From Camelus ferus (lineage: Eukaryota): a stretch of DNA of 64,000 nt. Positions within the stretch are counted from its first letter, which is position 1; each line of letters begins with the position of its first letter. Both the position numbers and the translations under genes were made by a program. Below the pieces are notes generated by a model. It did no database searches. It was not told the DNA's origin and worked only from the letters and a program-made list of their open reading frames with translations. Positions 50,781 through 64,000 of this stretch are shown one piece after another. The stretch lies in NCBI RefSeq assembly GCF_009834535.1, contig NC_045697.1, positions 89,406,001-89,470,000 of the forward strand, read 5' to 3'.

Positions 50781-53700
50781 TCACCGTACAAAAATTTTAG
50801 CCTATTGTTTCTGTGTCTTCCTGCAGTGTACTCTTTTGTTGGGTTTTCTGCTTTTTGCTAGTGTTCATCATATATTGTGATATTGAAAATAATATTTTAA
50901 AGACTTAAAAATTTATAAACCTGTTTTTAATGAAAACTTAAAGTAGTATCCCTGTTGGTTACAGGTTCCTTTTATTTCTGGCCTATCACAAATCAGGTAT
51001 TCCCCAGACTGTAACAGGTTATGACATTACTTGCTTATCACCTCAAGTCCAGGATTATTTTAGTTACAATAAAAAATATTGACATGTTCCAATATTATAA
51101 AGAAATTTACAGTTAAGTATCTTATCACCTATTATGAATCTTACATGATTCAGTTGTTTTAGCAAAAACACTTATTATCTTTGGCAGAGAATAAAGCATG
51201 AAGCATTAGAAAGCCCAAAGAGAGAGAAAACTTTTACAGACACATTCAAAAGAGCATATTACTAATTCAGGGACTCATTTTACATATATTTAGTTAACTA
51301 AATTTTATTGAAAGTTGTTAGTACTTGATTCTGCAAACTTTAAAATCCAACAATCTACAAAGCTCAGTCTCTTTGGAATTTTCTAGATGCTCTGTTCTAA
51401 ATTTGTATTAATACCTATTTTTAAAACAGATAAGAATACCTTACCTTCAAAGAACTTATAATCCTGTACAGGAGATAGGGTAAGTGCAAAAAGGAAAAGT
51501 AAGGCTCAGGTACTCTAAAAGAGATAGAGATGTGTGGAAGTTTAGAGAAAAGCATTTCCCCCCATTTTCAGAATTAGTGAAGCCTTTGTGGAGAATTTGG
51601 TATGTGAAGTTGGCTTTAAAGAATAGAATTTGGCCCTATGGAATATGATGAAAGAACCCATTCAAAAGACAGGAAAGAGTAAGGTATTTACAGATATAGA
51701 TAAAAATTTGATTTTCTAGCAGTCCCTATTACACTAAGGAGAGAAACTATTCCTAGAGATAGATTTTGAACAGATACTATTCATAGAGATGGACAGAAAG
51801 GGATGCAGGTTTTTGAGGCAGAACAATTAGGCTTTAATGCTAGTTGTGCCACTTCTCTTTCTGTTATGTTGAAACAAACTGGTTCCTTTTTGGGGGTCAT
51901 ATATCTGATCTATCTGAACAATAATATCTAACTCACTGTACTGTTGTGAGGAGAAACTGAAGGGAGACTACGTCAGAGAGTGAGAGTGAGAGGAAAGGAG
52001 AAAAGAGCTCTGTGCTCTCGCAGGCCAGGCTGAGAACTGGAGTTCCCTGATTTGTACACTGTGATGTTGGGCAAATTAGCATCACGAGGCTTCAATTTAC
52101 TCACCTTTTAAAGATCAAGAAGTGTACTCTGAAGGGTGCTGTGAAGATGTAATTAAATTAAGAACCAAGTAAATGCCCCATAAATCATAGCTATTTTAGA
52201 AGTTTAACCTTCATAGGAAACTAGAAAACATAAAACATTTCAGAACAATGAGGTGATATGATCAGCGTTATACTTTAAGGAGATTTATTTTTCAAAAATG
52301 CACAGTTTATAATAAAATGAAAGTAAAATTAAAGGTAGGGAAAACAAAGTAGATTATGTCAATTTCCAACTGTAAGTAAAAGGAGATCTCAATATGGTTA
52401 ATGGTAGATAAAGTACAAAGAATTAGATATATGTTATGAAATCAATGAGACTCAATAGTTGTAGGCTTTGCTCAAAAGGAATAGTTGGAATTCACTCCGA
52501 AATGTTGCACACAGTATTTTGAGAAGGTGCTAGTGGCACTGATTAAGTTAGAAACTTAAGAAGAGGATTAGGTTTAGAAAGAAATATATATGAAAATATC
52601 AACATCATGATCTGAACAGGGAATGCAGGTAGGAACAAGAAAATGATCATGTAAAACATGTTTAGGGTGAAAGGATAAATTTGAAAAAAAAAATTTCATT
52701 GGAATATATTTAAGAATATGAACACTGGCAATCTGAAGAGCAGATCTCAAATGTTGAAAATAAGTTCTTTCTTACTGCTAGAGGCTGACTTTTCAATTTC
52801 CTCTGACCAATATATGGACATTTATACAGGCTGTAAGTTACACATACACATCAAAATGCTTTTTGTTAGACAGCAAATGCCACTCAATGATTGTAATGCT
52901 GGGATTATACATTCATTTAATGATTCTTTGAATCCAAGTGGCTTTATTTGTAACACTTTTTTAAAAATGAAAATGCATTTAATTTAAGAAAATCTGTTTT
53001 ATTTTATTTATCATATTTAGATTATTCTATAATATCAGGAATTTTCAATTTAAGCATTTCATTTTGGTAATTATCATTTGAATTAGTAATTCCTTACTTT
53101 GAGTTAACTTTACTTTGGTTAATTGCAATTGGAACTAGAAAGCTCTCACTTTGTTAGAAAGTTAGTTTAGTGAACATTTGCCCCTGTTTCCTAATGTTAC
53201 ATGAATAGGAGACTGTCATTCCATTTTGGAGCTTTAGCTCAGCCACAGTTTTTTCCCAACACCACTCTTCCTCTGATTAATTAATTTTTGATCAAATCAA
53301 CGATTCTTTAAATTACGTAGTGCTTTAGAATTTTCAAAAGTTTTACACACAAGATTTCATTTAATCCCATAATAACCCCTTTTTTCCTCTACACCTATAT
53401 TTCCCCTCCCCTCTTCACTCTCTCACTGGTAACCACTAATTTGTTCTCAGAACATGTTCACATTCTAACATTCTTTAACTTTGCATTTGCAACTGATTCA
53501 TATATTATCATTAGTACATAAGGATTTTAAAAATGTAATAACAATAGGTTTAAGAAAATAGAAATGGACAAACCAGATGAAAAGATGAAGTCATTTAACA
53601 GAATAATAATGCATAAAATAATCCAATAGATGTTCTAGGACTAAAATAGGTAAGACCTGAAATTACGAACTCAGAGAGTGAGTTTAACAGATTGGATTTA

Positions 53701-54095
53701 GTAGAGGACAGGGTTACTAAACTAGAAGAAGAGTCATTAGAGCATATCTACATTGAAAGGAAAAAATACAGGAAAATAAGGGGCCCTGGAGGTGAGTGGA
53801 CTGAAAGGATCTGAAGTGCCACATGGGAGATGCCTTATACCTTAGCCATTAATAGCAGCTTCACATCCACAACTGTGTTTGTCAACCATGTAATATCCAG
53901 TATTTCTAGTGTGTTTAGTCTATTTATATATGTAGCTAAAAGTGTCTTTGGTAGAATAAATTGTGCAGAGATGTGATGCCACTGATCATAGATTTGACAA
54001 TACCATTGTTTGTTTACTTCTCACAATATCCTATAAACTCTCCTTTCATCAATTGTATGGATATCACCAATGGAAGTAAGTGAAACCATATTCTT

Positions 54096-56847
54096 TTCTT
54101 TTCCTTTTCGTTTTTCAGTTTTATTAGGTACAGTTGTTATAATTTGACTGCACATATACAATACATTGCATGTAAATACATATATACAACATACTGCACA
54201 TATTTTTAAAATTTACATTTATTACTGTTCATTGTTTCTAAGAATATTTAGAGCTTTGGCTTTTTAAACTTATAGTGATCAAAGGGATAAAACCAACTAC
54301 AAAATAAAAATTAATTAAAAAAGATATATACACCCTGCTATTAACAGCAACATTATTTATAATTGCCAAGATATGGAAACATCCCAAGTACACATCAACA
54401 GATTAATGGATAAAGAAGATGCAGCATATATATACAATGGAACACAACTCACCCACAAAAAAGAAGGATACCTTGGCATTTGCAGCCCTTCATTCACTTT
54501 CCTTTTTTTCACTTCAAAAACCAGAATTTTATAACTGGCATAAAAATTTACATTGCATCAAAAACAACAAAATACCTAGAAATAAACTTAACCAAGGAGG
54601 TTACCTATATCCTGAAAACCATAAAACATTGAAGGAAATGGAAGATGATACAAAGAAGTGGAAGGATATCTTGTGCTCTTGGATTAGAAGAATCAACATT
54701 ATCAAAATGGCTGCACTACCCAAAGCAATCTACAAGTCCAATGAAACACTTGTGAAAATACTCACGACATGTTTCACGGAACTATAACAAACAATTCCAA
54801 AATATATATGGAACCATAAAAGACTCTGAACTGCCAAAGCAATCTTTTGTAGGTCTTTTATTTTTTTCACATTCTTCTTTTTGTTCTATTTTCTTATGGT
54901 TTGATGACTAGATAAGGTCCTTTAACATTTGCTGTAAAGCTGGTTTGGTGGTGCTGAAATCTTTTAGCTTTTGTTTATCTGAAGCTTTTGATTTCACCAA
55001 GTCTGAGAGCTTTGCTGGATAGAGTATTCTTGGTTGTAAGTTTTCCTCTTTCATCACTTTAAATATATTATGTCACTCCCTTCTGGCCTGTAAAGTTTTT
55101 GCTGAAAAATCAGCTGATAACCTTATGGGAATTCCTTTGCATGTTATTTGTTGCTTTTCTTTTGCTGATTTTAATATTTTCTCCTTATCCTTAATTGTCA
55201 ATTTGATTACTCTTTGCCTTGGTGTGTTCCTCTTTGGGTTGATTCTGTTGGTACTCTTCTGTGCTTCCTGGACTTGGGTGACTGTTTCCTTTCCAAAGTT
55301 GGGGAAGTTTTAGGTTATTATCTCTCCAAAATTTTTCTCAGATCCTCTCTCTTCTCTTTCTGGGACCCTTGTGGTATTATTGTGCTTCATGTCCCAGAGT
55401 TCTCTTAAACCGTCCTCATTTCTTTTCATTCTTTTTCTTTTTCTGTTCTGTAGTAGTCATTTCCACTAATCTGTCTTCTAGCTCACTGATCCATTCTCCT
55501 GCCTCATTTAATCTATTCTTGGTTCCTTCTAGTCTATTACTTCAGTGATTTTATTCTTCAACTCTGTTTGGATATTCTTTATATTTCCCAACTCTTTGCT
55601 AAAAACTTTGCTCTGTGCATCTGTACTCCTCTTGGGTTTTCGGGAACATCTTCGCCATCATTTCTTTAAACTCTTCTCAGATAAATTGCCTATCTCCTCA
55701 TCACTTCCTTCTTCTGGGATTTTATCTTGTCCTTGGTCTGGGAGATATTCCTCTGCTGCCTCATATTGTCTGTCTTTCTATTTGTATTTTTAGGTAGGTT
55801 AGTTATGTTTCTTGACCTTGAGAAGTGGCCCTCTGGGGGGGATGTCCTATGTGTCCCAGCAGTACACTCCTCTCTTGTCACCCAAGGGCCAGGGTCCAGC
55901 TGGTCCCAGTGTAGAGTCTGGCCTGTGTTTGTGGATTCCTTCCACAGGTTTTGGGATTGTTGTTTTCTTATTTCTGGTATCTGCCTCCTGGTGGATGAAG
56001 CTAGACTACAGACTTATGCAGATTTCCTGGCAGGAGGAGTTGGCACCTGCCTACTGCTGGGTGCAGCTTGGTCCTGGACCTCTGGTGGGTAGGGCTGTGT
56101 CTAGAGGCATTTGTGGCTCAGGAGGTCTGTTGATGGGTGGGGCTGTATTCCCATCCAATATGTTGTTTGGCCTGAGGCTTCCTTACAGGCTGTTGGGTGG
56201 GGCTGGGTCTTGGTGCTAATGATCCAATCAAGATGTCAGCCTCTAGGAAAGCTCATGTAGAGGAACACTCCTGGAATGTCTGCCACCAGCTTTTGTGTCC
56301 TCTGGGTGACCTGCAGCCATCCCCTACATCCCTAGGATACTTCCCAAAACCAACAAGTAGGTTGGCACAGATTCCTATGAAATCACTGCCTCTGCCCTTG
56401 GACCTGAACCACAAGATTCTGTGTATACTTCCCAAGAGAATGAAGTCTCTGTTTCCCCCAGTCCAGTGGGGCTCCTGGAGCCAAGCCCTGCTGACCCTCA
56501 AAACCAGATGTCCTGGGTCTCCTCCTCCTTCCAATGCCAGAACCCTGGGCTGAGGAGCATGACGTGGGGTTTAGAACTCTGACTCCTGTTGGAGAGTTTC
56601 TGTGACTTAATTATTCTTCACTTAATGATTCTTCAGCTTGTGGGTCACCCACCCCGGAGTATGGGGCCCAATTATATCATGAGCATGCCCCTCCTACTAT
56701 CCCAGTGTGTTTCCCTCTTTATGTTTCCAGTTGAAGATCTTTTTTGCTGGGTTCCAGTCTTTTTCAATGATTTTTTAGCAGTCAGTTGTTGTTTTGTTGT
56801 AGTTGCAAGGAGAGGCGAGCTCCTAGTCCTACTACTCTGCCATCTTC
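54096..56847 (-). mobile_element. TSD-bounded L1-derived element: 5'UTR + ORF1 + inverted ORF2 scraps + non-L1 3' tail (half-L1-like)
   Basis: Perfect 15-bp TSD tgaaaccatattctt at 54081-54095 and 56848-56862; L1 5' motif GAAGATGGCAGAGTAG; AATAAA (54120-54125, minus strand) and A-rich tail. Confidence 0.85.
54908..55764 (-). pseudogene. Decayed L1 ORF1p
   Basis: Starts MRQQRNISQTKDKIKS and ends ...MLKDLI-TAG, as in L1 ORF1; frameshifted (no full ORF in the track). Confidence 0.8.
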
Positions 56848-58864
56848 TGAAACCATATTCTTGGTGAGATTTACACCAACTTCTTCTAAGACCAACTTGG
56901 CCATGCTTTCAGGTTTTGTTTTAACTTGCTTCTACTTGATACAACAAACTTGATTTTAAAATACCGGTGTCTTATTGTAAAAGTGAGCTTTCTCTTTAAC
57001 ATCGTGTACTTATGCTTATCACTTTAATTCATAAATATTCTGCCTGAAAATTAAGAGCCTTATACAGAGTAATATGGAGAACTTGGAGAGGTCTGTACAG
57101 AAAATTTCAGGTTAAACATCAGATACTCGTTTGGGCCCCTTAGCTCTGTTAATGGTCTCAAAGCAGTATTTGAACAAGACTTTTGCTTTAGTAGAGTGCC
57201 TTAGATCATTCCAAGTAAAAGATTGGATCAAAAGTTTCTACTAGCAAGATCAAGATCTTTTATTAGACATTACCACCTACAACCATATGCAACAATTTAG
57301 TCTTTGCCAAAAGGATGTTTACAGTAACTGTGACATAAGTTACGTGTACTACTGAAACAATGGGGTTGTTTAAAACCATAAATCCATGAAACAAATCAAA
57401 CAAAGTGTTTTGGATATATGTAGACACAGCTATGAATGTAGCCAAAGAATGAGGTCAATATGTGGTTACATTGCCTTCATGATAAAATATTTAATGTTTC
57501 TCTACACAAACTACTTCAAAGGAATATATACTCATGTTTTACGCTAGTTATTAAAACAAACAGTAACTTGGGTTCTAGTTGTTTCTTCTTTCCTAATCTA
57601 ATTTCCAAAACAGTGTTTGAGTTTCTTCATTTCCCTGGCTTAAAAGGAACTTATCTTTAGAGAGTGATAGGTAGAAATGTCTGAAACAAAAGCCTGTAGA
57701 TCTGTGTGGATATGAAACAAAATAAAGTGGAAAAAAACAAGTACTACTCTGACAGTTTTCTGTATAATGTCTTCAGGTGATGAACATATTGCTAGTATGT
57801 CTGGAAAGGAAAAGTAAATATAACTGAATCCTCAAAGTCATCCTTTAAAAAACACAAATTATTTAGAAAGTACAAAATGAAGTAACATGCTGTTTTGTCT
57901 AAGTTAAGTGGCCTGAACCAGAGAACACTCTCTTCAAGAAGAAATTGTTTCTTATTACATAGAAAAATACTTTGGTTTCCTTAGATTATTTTCCATTACA
58001 AAAATCAAGAAATGTTTTTCTGAGCAGAATTTTTGACTTGTAATTAAAAAGTTAGTTTTAAAAATCTACTTATCAAAGACATATAAATGTTTATATCTGT
58101 GGACAAATTTTTGCATGTTCTTTGTAATAACTAATCTTAAGTTGATTCCTTGACTAGACCAGTGAGAAAGATAAGATTTTTATACTAATGCTGTGAGTAA
58201 TTTGTGGCAATTATATTCCTGGTAGAGAAAGCAAGGTGTAACTATATTCTGATTTTAGGAAAGACTCTTCTTTAGAGAAAAATAAGTGTTAACACATAAA
58301 TACGAGATTCTACTACATTGAGTGTATGGTTGTATCCTTAATGGAAGAATTAAGACTGGTCCTATTAAAATACAACGCTATGCGTGTTCTGTATGTTTGT
58401 CATTTTTATTAAAGTTTCAGGTAGTTGGATATTAAAATGGAATGTTTAGCACTCCTAAGAACACTTGCTTGGGAAAGATTCAGCAAGAGTTTGGAGAGAG
58501 GAAACTGAGACGGTGGTATGAGCCAGGACAAGCTGAACTGTGCCAATTAGCTGCTTTGAAAATGATCCCTTAGCTCAGAAATACTAATTCTGAGATTAAT
58601 CTAGTAAGTTATGTGGATTTGGGGATATGTGTGTTTATGCATTTGCACATGTTACTGTTTGTGTTTTTATTTAATAACTGTTACAAGCTCATGATAGAAC
58701 ATAAGGAAAATATAGAAAAAATAAACAAAAAACGTTCTACCTCATCTGGTAACCTATATTTCTTTCCAATTTTCTTTCTATTTATTTTTAAATCTTTTTT
58801 TTTTAATTGTTATTACAAGATACAGGCTGTTTGATTTACAGCCCCCCTTGGTTTTTTTGTTTTC

Positions 58865-59130
58865 TTTTTTAAGCTCTTTACTTTGGAATGGGTTTAGATT
58901 TACAAAATACTTCCAAAGACAGTACAGAGCATCTGTCCTGCAGACCTTTACCCATCTTCATCTAAAGTTAGCATCTTTATCTAATCATGGTACACTTGTT
59001 AAAAATAAGAGATTAGCAGTGGTGCAGTACTATTAACTGAACTACAGACCTTACTCAGATTTCACTCACTTTCCTGCTAATGAATTTTTACTGTTCCAGG
59101 ATCCAACACAGAATGCTACATTGAATTTAA
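58865..59130 (-). mobile_element. Old L1 (L1MC/MD-like) 3' end
   Basis: tttagatttacaaaa...actacagaccttactcagatttcac...tgttccaggatccaa. Confidence 0.75.
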
Positions 59131-59959
59131 CCAACATTTTCCTTTTTTTAAAACCTAGCATCATACTGCTTTTGTATATGGCCATTTGCTTCTGTATACG
59201 GCCTTTTTAAATGAAGACACAGATGTGTGCTCAGAGGAAAGTGTTCTGATTATAAAGCCAATAAGGGTCCCTAGGGAGACAACTGTTAGGATAGACGTGT
59301 TTAGAGAAAAAATAGTGAAAAATCTGACCTCCATTAAATGGAAGGACTAGGTTTAACATTCAGAAAGGAATATGCTTCAGTCAAATCGAAGATGATACAG
59401 AAAACTTGATTATCCTCATGAAAAGGCTTAGAGAGCTCCAGAAACATGAACACATTATTGGACGTGTTAACACACATCAAGCACAAATTCAGCTTGAAGA
59501 TGAAAGAGAAATCTCATACTCATCCTGGGATGAACAGAATGAGAGAGCGAAGGATAAGGAAAGAAATGGACATTTTCCATTAAGGAGCTTAGTTTGCCTA
59601 TACTCTAAAAATGTCACCTGCAACCACTTAGAAATTAGGCTAGGAAGCATGTTAAACTGAATTAATGCCTTTGCTATAGTTTATCTCCAAAAGAAATTCT
59701 ATTCTGAATCCCACATCAAGGATTCTAAACCTTTCCTCCAAAGTTTGTTTCATATCAAACCCTGTATTTTCATCAGAATACATTGTTTTATACTTTTCTA
59801 AGATTAAGACAATTCAAGATGTAAAACCCAGAAGGAAAACCATTTCTCCTAATCAAAGGGGAAAAGGTAAATATAACCACCTGGCAGAATTCATGTTCTA
59901 CTTAAAAATTCAGGATCCTGATTTTAGAGTAAAATCAGTCAAACATGATTGTGTTCATG

Positions 59960-61290
59960 TTTTTTTTTTCCAGCAGAGTTTTGTACAGTTAACCATGTAG
60001 AAAAAAAAATCACACAAATCATAAATACACAGCTCAGTGAATTATTACAAAGCAGAGATCTTTTTGACCAAAGCCGTGTCAAGAAATAGCTTCATTTGTG
60101 CCACCTCCCAGTCAATAACCTCATTGCTTCCCAAAGTAAATTGCTATCCTGCCTTTGATAATTTGGTTGTTTTTGGAATTAATATAATTGGAATCACCCA
60201 AAATGTCTACTTAAGTGTCTATCCTTTCTCTCAATATTATGATTATGATACTCAGCTATGCTCTCGCGTACAGCTATAATGAATTCATCGCCATTGCTCT
60301 GTAGTATTAACATTTGATGACTATTTCTCTGCTCTTTTCCTATTCTTCTATTATGAAATTTTGGATAGTTACCATTATCTGCTCTTAAATAGTACTGTGG
60401 GTATTCTGCATGTATTTTGGTTTTACACGTGTATGCATTTCTGTTATTATGCACTTACTGGTGAGATTTCTTGCTTCACACTGTGACTATGTTTAGCTTA
60501 GTAGAACATGTCAAACACTTTGCTGGAGGGAATGTACCAATTTTTTCTTTCCTATACTATATAAAAACGCCTGTTGCTCCACACCACATTCATACCATCA
60601 CTGGTATTGTTTTTATAATTTTCTATTCCTGAGGGGATATAAACATGTTATTGTGCCTTTTCATGATGAGTAATGATGTTGGGCAAGTTTTCATGTGTTT
60701 AGTTTAGTGGCCAGTTGGATGCACTTTTAGTGAAATGATGTACAGTGAGTTCTTTAAATATCTTCTCCCTTGATAAGTTTGTGTGTGTGTGGATATGTGT
60801 GATGTGTTTGCTTGTTTGTTCTCCATTTGCATATCCAATTGACTGAGCATCATTTATTGAAAGTACCTTTTCCCTGGTGCTTTGCAGTGACATTTTTGTC
60901 ACAAATCAATTTTACACATACGTGGCTTGTTGAAATATTTGAATATTCTTGTGGATTCATACAGTTGTGTTGTCTAACATACCAAATCCTTTCACTTCAC
61001 AATTGTTCTTTAGTAGTGCCTTGGCTATTAAATCTTTGCATGTCCATATAAATTTAGATAGGTTCTGCCAATTTCCACAAAGACCTTTTGATATATTGAT
61101 TGTAATTACATTGAATCTATAAAATCAGTCAGGGAAGAATTATCATTATAATATTGCATCTCCAGATTATTTTGAATGCATGGCATATCCCTCATTTAGA
61201 TTGTTTTAAAATTTTTTCTTAATACTATTGTGTAGTATTTTATATCGAAGTTTGATGCTTCTATTAGATTTAATAACAGCAATTTTATTA
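59960..61290 (-). mobile_element. Ancient L1ME-like 3' region
   Basis: acagctcagtgaattattacaaag; cagagcatcatttattgaaag-like motif; ttgattgtaattacattgaatctata. Confidence 0.65.
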
Positions 61291-63019
61291 TCAAGGACAT
61301 TTTAGATGGCCTGATTGACAGAAGAACATATTTCATAGTAGTGTTATTATCTGAGAGGATCTTTACTAAAAAAAAAAAAAAAAGATGAGATGTGATGGTC
61401 AAGACCAAGTCACGTTGGTGGAACAAAATTAATGAAATGATAAGCCGAGGACTTCTCATAAACTGGTTAGAAACTAACTGGTAGAATATAGAGTCAAGTC
61501 TTATTTGCTGACTGTAGAGGACAGAAGAAGAAACATTTCTAAAGCTACCTACCAAAGAGTAAAATGGAGTGAGATTAATATGCCAAAATTTTTGGAACAA
61601 AGACTAACTTACATGGGTGAATGACTGCTGAAACTTTCCATACTTCTAGAGATTACAGATTACTTCTAGAGATCCTCTGCTCTCCATAGATACGTATCTC
61701 TTCATTTGGCAGTGAAATGATTTGCATGTTTAGAGCACTAGACAGCGTCTGAAATCACCCTTCCTCTGTTCTCAGTCTTGTTGAATTATGGAGGAATAAA
61801 TTTTTAAATTTTACCTCCTTTCATTCAGTTGGTGATTTCTCATTTAATTGGTGATATGTATTTGTGCTTTGTATAATTAGGGACTGCATTTGTGCTTTGT
61901 ATAATTGGGGAATTTCCTTCTGGTTAAAGGATATTCAGAAAACATTGATAGTTTATAACTGTAGGCTATGCTGTTAAGATAAATTAACTAGTTCTATGGA
62001 AAGACTATGAAAAATATGAATAAAAAATGTAGACCCTGCCACTGAAAGAGTTATAATTTAGTGGAAGATATGACAGCACTTAATAATCCAAGAATTATAA
62101 TGTATGGACAACAAACACTCCTTAATCAGCCAGTATTGGGCATCTAATATGTCTAGTCCTCAGAGATTTTATACAAGATCTGAGACTAAAAACTAAGGAC
62201 CTTAGTTCAGTTTTTTTTTTTTTTTTTTTAACCTTTTTAAGTTTTCCTAGAAAGTCCCTTTGGGGTTCTTTGTTTACAAAATCATGCTCCACAGTAGCAT
62301 TGGTAGTTTTCTATACTTAATTAAGTATTACAAACATGTAGCCAGTAAGTTTTAGACAAGGCTGCCAAATTCTTTCCAACTCTAATCTGTCAATTTCTAC
62401 ACTAGCTTTCCTGACGCCTAGCTGCTAGTCTCTAGCATTATGGTAAATTCTAAGGCTCTTTATGTGATTAAGACAACCAATATAAATTTGAAGAGAATTC
62501 AGAATAAATAGTATATCACTCTGATGTTGAAATTCATGGGGAATGGAATACAAGAATCTTGTAATTTTTTTAAACAAATGATTAATGGATGTTTATAACA
62601 GGCATTTTGTTAAATTGTCAAATGAAGAGACTGTGGTCCCTAAATTGTATTAATAGAAAAGAAAGGATTCATATGCATAGCAGTTACAAATGAGTGGAAA
62701 ATGTGAGTTTAGCACACTGAGGAAAAAATAAGAAAATATTCTTGATGAAGTAGAGTACTGACAGGATAAATGTACACTTGATTTAGTAGTAGGTAAGGTT
62801 GATTGAATGAAGATACTGACTACTATGTCAGAGTCTGGATTTAATCCTACTGTTACCAATGGCCACAGTAAACTGTAAATGTGCCGTAATGAGGTGATAT
62901 TACCAAATATGAAATTTATTAGTCCTCTTTTCTCTAAATATTTTCCCTGTGTTCTTTTGTTGATTGAAGTATAACTGATAATACAAAAAAAAAACAAAAA
63001 AAAAAACAAAAAAAAAAAC

Positions 63020-64000
63020 CCTGGACATACTTACTTCATTCAGTTGGATAATTTTGGAGAAATGCATACATCCATGAGATCATAACCACAAACAAGGTAA
63101 TAAACATGTACATCAGCTCAATAAGTTTTCTGTTGCCTTTTTGATTTAGTGTTTACTTATTTGTTTTTGTTTTTGCTTTATTGGTGGTAAGAACACTTAA
63201 CCTGAGTTCCACCTTCTTAACAAGTTTTTAAGTGTGCAATACTGAATTGTTAGCTGTACGTACTATGTTTTACCATAGAACTAGGACTTGTTCACCTTGC
63301 ATAGTTTAAACTTTATACCTGTTAAAACCTGAACTCATTGAACAACTCTCAATTTCCTCTTTCCACCTAGGAAATCACCATTTTACTTAGTGTTTCCATA
63401 AGTTGGACGCAGTGTTTATCCTTCTTGTACTGACTTTGTTTCAGTTAGTATAACATCTTCAGGTTCATCCATGTTGTTTCAAAGATTTCCTTTTTAAAGG
63501 ATGAATAATATTTTATAAATATACTACAATTTTCTTTATCCATTCATCAGTCAGTGGACAGTTAGGTTTTTGTTTTTTTTTTCCAAATCTTGGCTTTTGT
63601 AAATAATGCTGCAGTGAATATGGAGTGCAGATATCTTTCAGATCCTGATTTCAATCCTTTTGAATATTTACCCAGAAGTGGGAATACTGAATCATGTGGT
63701 AGATCTATTTTTAATATTTGGAGATACTGCAGCTGCACCATTTTACATTCCCAGCAATATATAAGGGGTCCAATTTCTCCACATCTTCACCACAACAGTT
63801 TTTGTCTTTTTCTCTCTTTTAAAAAAAAAAATCTTGACAGGTATAGGGTGATATCTCATTTGGTTTTGATTTTCAATTTGATGATTAGTGATATTGAGCA
63901 CCTTTTCATTTACCTGTTGGCTATCTGTGTGTCTTTGGAGAAGTATCTATTCAAATCCTTAGCCCATTCTGTTATTGGGTTATTTAGGGTGTGTGTGTGT
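63020..64000 (-). mobile_element. L1 3' end(s) (L1MA/MB-like), running off the window
   Basis: ggtaagaacacttaac...aggttcatccatgttg...cccagaagtgggaatactgaatc. Confidence 0.85.

Noticed and set aside
54419..54787. 122-aa ORF as a gene
   Set aside because: Chance in-frame fusion of two out-of-order L1 ORF2 fragments inside the retroelement
55727..56867. Several 90-135-aa + strand ORFs
   Set aside because: Antisense frames of the GC-richer L1 5'UTR/ORF1 region; no evidence of coding function
1..64000. Prokaryotic-type systems (operons, CRISPR arrays, defence or retron loci)
   Set aside because: The sequence is mammalian repeat-rich DNA; the longest ORF is 135 aa and there is no regular repeat-spacer array

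Overview
AT-rich, CpG-poor mammalian (eutherian) genomic DNA that is intergenic or deep-intronic. I see no supportable protein-coding gene, rRNA, tRNA or CRISPR array. The supplied ORFs are short chance frames or decayed L1/ERV pieces. Much of the window is interspersed repeat: L1 of several ages, HAL1, L2, MIR, MLT1, MER5/MER58 and an ERV. No Alu, B1, Bov-A/tA, PRE-1 or SINEC elements are evident, and the young L1 3' ends resemble camelid-type L1s; the species call is an inference. Four things stand out. (1) A ~430-bp inverted repeat of apparently unique DNA (1586-2015 / 4941-5374, ~93% by manual count) next to a motif-rich, enhancer-like block. (2) A 2.75-kb TSD-bounded L1 derivative with 5'UTR + ORF1 but only inverted ORF2 scraps and a non-L1 tail (54096-56847), i.e. 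a half-L1-like architecture. (3) A CpG-rich ERV LTR with CRE, E-box, TATA and an internal splice donor. (4) That LTR is followed by a tRNA-Arg PBS and a mosaic, truncated internal region. Repeat family names come from recalled consensus similarity, and old-repeat boundaries are approximate.
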